Source: Geotalea uraniireducens Rf4
Lineage (GTDB): Bacteria > Desulfobacterota > Desulfuromonadia > Geobacterales > Geobacteraceae
Direction: 5' to 3'
Assembly (NCBI RefSeq): GCF_000016745.1
Contig: NC_009483.1
Location: forward strand, 990,001-1,022,000
Length of the DNA stretch: 32,000 bases
The position numbers and the translations under genes are program-made. Shown here piece after piece: positions 25,687-32,000 of the stretch. The stretch's first letter is position 1. Every line of letters starts with the position of its first letter. The notes under the pieces are model-generated. The model was not told the DNA's origin, did not search any database, and saw only the letters and a program-made list of their open reading frames with translations.

Positions 25687-27885
25687 ATGCCCAATCCCTT
25701 ATACATAACCTTTCTCTGGCACATGCACCAGCCTTACTACAAGGACCCGCTCAGGGGGGAGTACACCCTTCCCTGGACGTATCTCCATGCCGTAAAGGAT
25801 TATTACGACATGGCGGCCATTGTGGACGAAACTCCCGGCGTCAGGGTGGTATTCAATCTGGTCCCGTCACTTCTGGAGCAGATCCGGGACTATGCATCGG
25901 GCAGTGCAGTCGATCAGTTCCTGATCCATGGTCAGATGGCGCCGTCGGCTATGGCGGAGGAAGAGAGAATCTTTATCCTGGAAAACTTCTTCTCCGCCAA
26001 CCGGCAGCGGATGATAGAGCCGTACAAACGGTATCTGGAACTCTACTGTCTTGCCGGTGACGGCGCGGGTGGGGGGATGCAGGAGCGGCTGCGCCATTTC
26101 CGCGACCAGGACATTCTCGATCTTCAGGTCTGGTTCTTCCTCGCCTGGACCGGCGAGGCTGCACGGCGCCGTTATCCCGAGTTTCGCGAACTGATCAGGA
26201 AGGGAAAGAACTTTACCCAGGCGGATAAGGCGCTCCTTTTCGCCCGGCATAAAGACCTTCTCAACGAGATCATTCCCCTTTACAGGAAACTCCACGACGA
26301 GGGAAAGGCAGAACTGTCGGTCACCCCGTACTTCCATCCCATCCTGCCGCTATTGTGCGATATGAAAAGCGCCAGGACCGCCATGCCGAAGGTGATACTG
26401 CCGACCGTCCCGTTCAAATGCCCTGAAGATGCCCGGAGCCAGGTGGCGCGGGGGATTGCGTGCTTTGAGGAGTTTTTCGGTTTTACGCCGCAGGGGATGT
26501 GGCCTTCGGAGGGTTCGGTGAGCGACGAAGCGCTCGGCATTCTGGCCGAATGCGGTCTGGTCTGGGCTGCCACTGACGAAGGGGTATTGTCGCACACGCT
26601 CCACGGGGGGATCGGGGCGAGCCGGGAGGCGCTCTATCACCCTTACTCTTTTCAGCAGGGAGGGAAGGAGCTGGCTCTCTTTTTCCGTGACCACGCACTT
26701 TCCGACCGGATCGGTTTCACCTATTCCCAATGGGAGCCGGAACGGGCCGCCGCCGACTTCACCGCCAGGTTGCTGGAGATCAGGGGGCGCGTTCACGGGG
26801 CACGGGTCGTTCCGGTAATTCTTGACGGAGAGAATGCATGGGAATACTATCCCGACAACGGCTACACGTTCTTGAGACGTCTCTACGGCATGATTGCCGA
26901 AACTCCGGGCCTTGAACCGGCAACTTTTTCCGAGGTCCTGGCCAGGGTCCCGGGAAGGCGGGTCATTACCCATATTCATCCCGGATCATGGATAAATGCC
27001 AACTATGGTGTGTGGGTAGGGCATCCCGAAGAAAACCTGGGGTGGGACTATCTGGCAAGGGCACGGGAGGCTGCTGTCGAGAACAACCCTACTGTTGCGG
27101 CACTTCTTGCCGGGAGGGGGCATGACGGGGCCGCCGCTGATGGAACTACGGCGCAACTGGTCTGCCAATCGCTCTATGCAGCTGAAGGGAGCGACTGGTT
27201 CTGGTGGTACGGCGATGACCACTTTTCTCCCCACAGTGACAGGTTCGATGCCCTTTTTCGCCGTCACCTGATGAATGTGTACCGCCTACTCGGCCTCGAC
27301 GCGCCGCGCGAACTTTTCGAACCGATCAAGAAAAAGAGTCCGGCCGGTCTTGTCCGCGAGCCCGCAGCCTTGATTTCGCCGGTTATCAGCGGCATCGTGA
27401 CCGATTATTTCGAGTGGCTGGCAGCGGGCCTCTATGATCTGACCAGGCAGTCGTCGGCCATGCACGCTGCTGAAAGCCTGATGCAATCCTTTTTCTACGG
27501 CTTTGACCGGAAATTCCTGTTTTTCAGGGTCGACGGCGTTCAATCCCTGGAAAAAACGATGCAGGCCGGAGATCGCTTGAATCTGCAGCTGATCCATGAT
27601 AATGAATTCCGGTTGACCATGAGCCTGGGCGCGGATGAAGGCTCTCTGCTGGTGAAAAGCGAGGGGGAGTGGAGGGAAACCGGCACCCTCTGCCGCTGGA
27701 AGATAATCAAGATAGCCGAAGCAAGGGTTCCGCTTGAGATATTCAACCTGATGCCGGGGGACAAGCTCTTTGCCTTTGTCACGCTGATGCGCGGCGATGA
27801 GGAGCTGGGACGCTGGCCCACCGATGCCCCGCTCCTCATTAACTATGCGGGGCCGGACCTGGAACTGGAAACGTGGTTGATTTAG
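25687..27885 (+). CDS. Glycoside hydrolase family 57 alpha-glucan-active enzyme
   Basis: N-terminal F.WHMHQPYY signature of GH57. 732 aa. Glycogen-gene neighbourhood. Confidence 0.8.
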   Translation: MPNPLYITFLWHMHQPYYKDPLRGEYTLPWTYLHAVKDYYDMAAIVDETPGVRVVFNLVPSLLEQIRDYASGSAVDQFLIHGQMAPSAMAEEERIFILENFFSANRQRMIEPYKRYLELYCLAGDGAGGGMQERLRHFRDQDILDLQVWFFLAWTGEAARRRYPEFRELIRKGKNFTQADKALLFARHKDLLNEIIPLYRKLHDEGKAELSVTPYFHPILPLLCDMKSARTAMPKVILPTVPFKCPEDARSQVARGIACFEEFFGFTPQGMWPSEGSVSDEALGILAECGLVWAATDEGVLSHTLHGGIGASREALYHPYSFQQGGKELALFFRDHALSDRIGFTYSQWEPERAAADFTARLLEIRGRVHGARVVPVILDGENAWEYYPDNGYTFLRRLYGMIAETPGLEPATFSEVLARVPGRRVITHIHPGSWINANYGVWVGHPEENLGWDYLARAREAAVENNPTVAALLAGRGHDGAAADGTTAQLVCQSLYAAEGSDWFWWYGDDHFSPHSDRFDALFRRHLMNVYRLLGLDAPRELFEPIKKKSPAGLVREPAALISPVISGIVTDYFEWLAAGLYDLTRQSSAMHAAESLMQSFFYGFDRKFLFFRVDGVQSLEKTMQAGDRLNLQLIHDNEFRLTMSLGADEGSLLVKSEGEWRETGTLCRWKIIKIAEARVPLEIFNLMPGDKLFAFVTLMRGDEELGRWPTDAPLLINYAGPDLELETWLI

Positions 27886-27890
27886 TAGCG

Positions 27891-28064
<174 letters not shown>

Positions 28065-28083
28065 CGATTTTAAAGGAGTTTAA

Positions 28084-29109
28084 ATGTCGGAATTACGCTG
28101 GGACCCTTTGAAGCTGCACTGGGTCATCATTGCTACGGAACGGGGGCGGCGGCCCCGTGATTTCCAGGTGGAGCAGCAAGAGGCGGAGATGACCAGCTGC
28201 CCTTTTTGTTACGGCAATGAGGACAAGACACCTGCCGAGATTTTTGCCATCCGTCCGTCCGGACCTGCCAACTCACCCAACTGGAAGGTCCGCGTCATTC
28301 CCAACAAGTATCCGGTGTTGCGCATCGAGGGCGAAATCAAGAGCAAGGGATACGGTCTTTACGATGTGATGACCGGTATCGGCGCCCATGAAGTAATCAT
28401 CGAAACGCCGCAACACGAAAAGGGGCTTGCGGATTTGTCGGTGGCGGAGGTCACCGATGTTCTCATCGCCTACCGCGCCAGGTTCCTGGACCTGCGTCGC
28501 GACAGCCGCTTCCGTTACATGGTTCTGTTCAAGAACCACGGTGTCCGGGCCGGCGCTACCCTTGCCCATTCACACAGCCAGTTGATTGCCGTGCCGCTTA
28601 CCCCTCCGGTGGCGGCAACGGAACTGAAGATCTGCCGTGATTTTTACGCCAACAAAGAGCGCTGCATATTCTGTGACTTGATAGATTTTGAGCTGACGTG
28701 CGGCGACAGGGTGGTGAAGGAATTTCCCAATTTCGTCAGCGTGACTCCCTACGCTTCCTGCTTTCCCTTTGAGTTGCGCCTTTATCCGAAAAAACACTCC
28801 CACGACTTCGCCATGATGGATGACGGCCAGTTGGCGGAACTGGCCGTAGCCATGAAGGACATGCTGTTACGACTGAAGACGGTGCTGAAGGACCCTCCCT
28901 ATAACTTCATTCTCCACTCCGCGCCGCCGCAGCAACAACGTCTCGGCAAGCCTGAATACTGGGGGTCGCTGGAATACGACTATCACTGGCATATCGAGCT
29001 GGTGCCGCGATTGACCCAAATAGCCGGATTTGAGTGGGGGACCGGCTTTTACATTAACCCGACTTCGCCGGAGGATGCCGCTCTCTTCCTCCGGGAGGCG
29101 GAGATTTAG
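28084..29109 (+). CDS. GalT-like HIT-family nucleotidyltransferase (galactose-1-phosphate uridylyltransferase family)
   Basis: LRWDPL...WV.I...R..RP, Zn-site CPFC, active-site HSHSQL. AAGGAG RBS. Confidence 0.8.
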   Translation: MSELRWDPLKLHWVIIATERGRRPRDFQVEQQEAEMTSCPFCYGNEDKTPAEIFAIRPSGPANSPNWKVRVIPNKYPVLRIEGEIKSKGYGLYDVMTGIGAHEVIIETPQHEKGLADLSVAEVTDVLIAYRARFLDLRRDSRFRYMVLFKNHGVRAGATLAHSHSQLIAVPLTPPVAATELKICRDFYANKERCIFCDLIDFELTCGDRVVKEFPNFVSVTPYASCFPFELRLYPKKHSHDFAMMDDGQLAELAVAMKDMLLRLKTVLKDPPYNFILHSAPPQQQRLGKPEYWGSLEYDYHWHIELVPRLTQIAGFEWGTGFYINPTSPEDAALFLREAEI

Positions 29110-29132
29110 ATGTCATATTTTTGCGAGGTTGT

Positions 29133-30587
29133 ATGAAGATCCTGTTTGTAGCTTCCGAGGTCACACCCTTTGCCAAGACCGGCGGTCTTGCCGATGTGAC
29201 GGCCGCTTTACCGAAAACCCTGAAAAAGCTCGGTCATGATGTGCGTATCATACTCCCGTTTTACAGTGAAGTGGAACGTGGCGGCCACGGCATCAGGAAA
29301 GGGCGGAAAAGCGTCGAGGCGGTCATTGACGGCGTAATGAAAAAGGGTCTCTTTCGCCATACTTCCCTTGGCGATATTCCCGTATATCTTATTGAAAACA
29401 AAGAATATTTTTCCCGCGACAACCTCTACGGCACGGCTGCGGGCGAGTATCCCGACAACCATCGCCGTTTTGCCTTTTTTTGTCGGGGCGTGCTCGACCT
29501 GCTGAAAAAGATGGATTTCCGACCTGACGTCATCCATTGCCACGACTGGCAGACGGCGCTGATTCCCCTCCTGCTCAGACGCGAGAAAGGTGAGGACCTG
29601 TTTTTCAGCAAAACAGGGGTCATGTTCACCATCCACAATCTTGCCTACCAGGGGCTGTTTGCCAAAGAGACCCTGGCTGAGATGGGGCTCGATTCTTCAT
29701 ATTTCACCATCGATTGCCTGGAGTATTACGGCAAGGTGAATCTGATGAAAGGGGCGATTCTTTCTGCCGACCTCATCACAACGGTTTCCGAGACCTATTG
29801 CCGGGAGATTCAGACCCCTGAATCGGGAAACGGTCTCGACGGGGTGCTTGGAGTGAGGAACGCCGATCTCCATGGCGTTCTCAACGGTCTTGACTATGAT
29901 CTGTGGGATCCGGCGACTGACCGGGGCTTATACAAAAACTATTCGGTAACCGCCCCGGCAGGCAAGGCCGTCAACAAAAAGGGATTGCAGAAGCTCCTTG
30001 GCCTGGAACCTGCGGCGGATGTTCCGGTCATCGGCATCGTATCCCGTCTGACTGCGCAAAAGGGATTTGACCTTTTGGCAGAACTGATGCCGAAGTTTGT
30101 CCGGAGCCGTTTGCAGTTGGTAATACTCGGAACTGGTGACGAGAAATATCTGAAACTTTTGCAGGATATAAAGGCGCGCGGGGCGGGCAACATTTCGGTA
30201 AATATCGGCTTTCATCCGGAGCTGGCGCCGAAGATTTATGCCGGCAGCGATATCTTCCTCATGCCATCACATTACGAGCCGTGCGGTCTCGGGCAGATGA
30301 TCGCACTGCGCTATGGCGCCGTTCCCCTGGTGCGAAAGACCGGTGGTCTGGCCGATACGGTCTTTGACGAGCAGGACGGGGCAACAGAACCTAATGGCTT
30401 TTCTTTTGAGGACTATACGCCGGAAGCCCTGTGGGAAACGGTGTCGCGGTCGTTGCAGGCCTTTGATGATAAGGGCGCATGGAAAAAGTTGATGAAGCGC
30501 GGGATGAGCTGTGATTATTCGTGGGATGCTTCTGCCCGGAGGTATGAGGAGCTGTACCGCCTCGCCCTCGCTAGAAAAGGGAGGTGA
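29133..30587 (+). CDS. glgA: Glycogen synthase (GT5)
   Basis: MKILFVASEV.PFAKTGGLADV N-terminus and a GlgA-like C-terminal region (PS.YEPCGL.QM.A.RYG). About 484 aa from the ATG at 29133. Confidence 0.9.
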   Translation: MKILFVASEVTPFAKTGGLADVTAALPKTLKKLGHDVRIILPFYSEVERGGHGIRKGRKSVEAVIDGVMKKGLFRHTSLGDIPVYLIENKEYFSRDNLYGTAAGEYPDNHRRFAFFCRGVLDLLKKMDFRPDVIHCHDWQTALIPLLLRREKGEDLFFSKTGVMFTIHNLAYQGLFAKETLAEMGLDSSYFTIDCLEYYGKVNLMKGAILSADLITTVSETYCREIQTPESGNGLDGVLGVRNADLHGVLNGLDYDLWDPATDRGLYKNYSVTAPAGKAVNKKGLQKLLGLEPAADVPVIGIVSRLTAQKGFDLLAELMPKFVRSRLQLVILGTGDEKYLKLLQDIKARGAGNISVNIGFHPELAPKIYAGSDIFLMPSHYEPCGLGQMIALRYGAVPLVRKTGGLADTVFDEQDGATEPNGFSFEDYTPEALWETVSRSLQAFDDKGAWKKLMKRGMSCDYSWDASARRYEELYRLALARKGR

Positions 30588-30590
30588 CGC

Positions 30591-30743
30591 ATGATGGACG
30601 AGAAAAACGACCTGGAACAGATTACCCAGGAAATCAGAAAGGTCATCGACAACAACAAAAAGTTTCTCGACCGTGTCTTTGATGAGGATTTCGAGTCGGA
30701 AGACGAGGGGGGCGTTGAGGCAGAGGCGTTCGAGGAGTTGTAA
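30591..30743 (+). CDS. Small (50 aa) acidic protein, unknown function
   Basis: Not in the supplied track (below its length cut-off). The ATG lies 3 nt after the glgA stop with AAAGGGAGG upstream. Product MMDEKNDLEQITQEIRKVIDNNKKFLDRVFDEDFESEDEGGVEAEAFEEL. A terminator follows. Confidence 0.5.
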   Translation: MMDEKNDLEQITQEIRKVIDNNKKFLDRVFDEDFESEDEGGVEAEAFEEL

Positions 30744-30755
30744 TACGAAAAAGGC

Positions 30756-30800
30756 AAAAAGCCGCTCGAATCAGTAAGGTGCTGATGGAGCGGCTTTTTT
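30756..30800 (+). terminator. Rho-independent terminator of the glgA operon
   Basis: AAAAAGCCGCTC ... GAGCGGCTTTTTT stem, with an inner TCAG/CTGA extension and a T-tract. Confidence 0.75.
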
Positions 30801-30861
30801 GTTGCAGGATTATAATGCGGCATTGCACGATAGCATGTCTTTTTTCTCAGAGGACTCAATA

Positions 30862-31053
30862 ATGGCGGATATGAAAGAGGCACTCGAAATGATGAAGGAT
30901 ATGGCATTGGAGCGTATTCGGATGCTGAAGGATGGAATCACGTTACATGACGATTTCAAAAGAGCTTATTATCTGCAGGAGTACGAGGCAAAGCTTTCAG
31001 AGATCAACAAGCTCATCAGGCGTCTCAAATTCAGGGTGATTCGCTTTCGATAG
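30862..31053 (+). CDS. Small hypothetical coiled-coil-like protein (63 aa)
   Basis: GAGGA 7 nt upstream of the ATG at 30862. Helical heptad-like sequence. No family recognised. Confidence 0.4.
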   Translation: MADMKEALEMMKDMALERIRMLKDGITLHDDFKRAYYLQEYEAKLSEINKLIRRLKFRVIRFR

Positions 31054-31106
31054 GCTTTTTGACGAAATTATTCTTGCCTCATCAAACTGTTTTGTGTCCA
31101 AGTGTA

Positions 31107-31141
31107 CAAAAAACCCCGGGAATTGCTTCCCGGGGTTTTTT
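31107..31141. terminator. Bidirectional rho-independent terminator
   Basis: AAAAAACCCCGGGAA-ttgc-TTCCCGGGGTTTTTT between convergent genes. Confidence 0.8.
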
Positions 31142-31152
31142 GTCATTAGTCG

Positions 31153-32000
31153 CTACTTTTCGTGTCTGCCGCTGCCGGGCACATCTTCGCCGCCGGCGCT
31201 ATGGCATTCGCTGCAGTTGGTCTTATATATTTCGTCGCCGATGTCGACCGGATGGACGAAATTTTTGACCTGGGGGGCTCCTGCAGGAATATTTTCCTGC
31301 TTCTGTCCCAGAACCGTGTGGCAGAGGTTGCAGTCCTTGGAAATCACTTTTCCCTGGGCTGATTTATGTTTGCCGTCGTGGCAGCGGAAGCAGCCCGGCG
31401 TATAGAAGTGGCCGATATGGTTAGGATACGTGTTCCAGGACACTTTCATCTGTGGGAAGAAATTCCTGCGGTAAATCGCCTGGACTTCTACAACGGCTTT
31501 CTTGATTGCAGCTGCCTTCTCGGCGGCAACTTTGGGGTAGTTCTTGTTGTAGTAATCCTGAATTCCGCCAGCAATGGATGTATTTGCCTCTTCCGTGGTT
31601 TTGTATGGTTTGGTGAGAAGTTCAACCGCTACTTTCTTGACGTAGGGGAGGGCGGAGTCAATGTGGCCGCTGACAAAGTTTTCATCCATCTCCTGGCTCG
31701 GCGAACGGTAGATGTGGGTCGGCCGGTTGTGGCAATCGGTGCAGTCCATGAGGCGCTTGTTCGCCTTGGCGATCTCGTCCCTGGTGAGGGGCTTTTCGGT
31801 GCTCATGTATTCGGTTATTTTGCCGTCCTTTTCTTTAACGGAAATATACGGGATGTTCAGGCGCTTTTTGTCGGTAGCGATATAGGTGACCTCGCTGCCG
31901 ATATGCCAGTGGATACCCTTTGCATGGGGCGACTTGGGCACACCGCCAATGTTGATCAGCATGTTTATTTCACGCGGGGTGTTGGCCTCATTGGGTGCAT
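31153..32000 (-). CDS. Multiheme c-type cytochrome, C-terminal part (frame stays open to the window edge)
   Basis: Four CXXCH motifs (CTDCH, CFRCH, CNLCH, CSECH). No stop between the tracked ATG at 31962 and position 32000. Confidence 0.8.
   Translation of the reverse strand, partial: APNEANTPREINMLINIGGVPKSPHAKGIHWHIGSEVTYIATDKKRLNIPYISVKEKDGKITEYMSTEKPLTRDEIAKANKRLMDCTDCHNRPTHIYRSPSQEMDENFVSGHIDSALPYVKKVAVELLTKPYKTTEEANTSIAGGIQDYYNKNYPKVAAEKAAAIKKAVVEVQAIYRRNFFPQMKVSWNTYPNHIGHFYTPGCFRCHDGKHKSAQGKVISKDCNLCHTVLGQKQENIPAGAPQVKNFVHPVDIGDEIYKTNCSECHSAGGEDVPGSGRHEK

Overview
High-GC bacterial window. Gene content (multiheme cytochrome, many small dispersed repeats) suggests a Geobacter-like Desulfuromonadota genome, but that is inference only.

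Layout:
- (1) 1-6844: 3' end of a type I-E CRISPR-Cas locus, cas5e ... cas1e, cas2e, then a 30-repeat array. Three extra modules sit inside it: an antisense mazEF-like toxin-antitoxin pair, an Avd-like four-helix-bundle gene, and an IS4-family insertion sequence that splits cas1 from cas2. No cas6e lies between cas5e and cas1e.
- (2) 6845-12204: core-like genes. These are a truncated NlpC/P60 remnant, a helical-repeat protein, a MerA-like flavoprotein and transketolase.
- (3) 12205 to about 20190: an accessory patch rich in mobile elements. It holds hicAB, an IS110 fragment, an HUH-Y1 (RAYT-like) element with perfect 28-bp inverted repeats, a 5' fragment of a group II intron, an AT-richer lipoprotein gene, a VOC/PhnB-like gene, an IS91-family transposase, a Crp/Fnr regulator and a probably 3'-truncated DUF523 gene.
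- (4) 20978-30743: a GAF histidine kinase with a CheY-like receiver, then an alpha-glucan cluster (fused NDP-sugar pyrophosphorylase/phosphohexomutase, GH57, GalT-like HIT enzyme, GlgA, and a 50-aa acidic ORF).
- (5) 31153 to the window end: a multiheme c-type cytochrome, partial.

The most unusual signal is not a gene. It is a recurring intercistronic architecture of short tandem repeats, either nonamers (ATGRGTTNN) or heptamers (GTCGRNR / GTTCGAN). They are arranged as head-to-head inverted arrays inside co-directional operons. One dyad encloses the four-helix-bundle gene precisely and another is gene-less.

All functional calls rest on by-eye motif recognition. No database search was possible.
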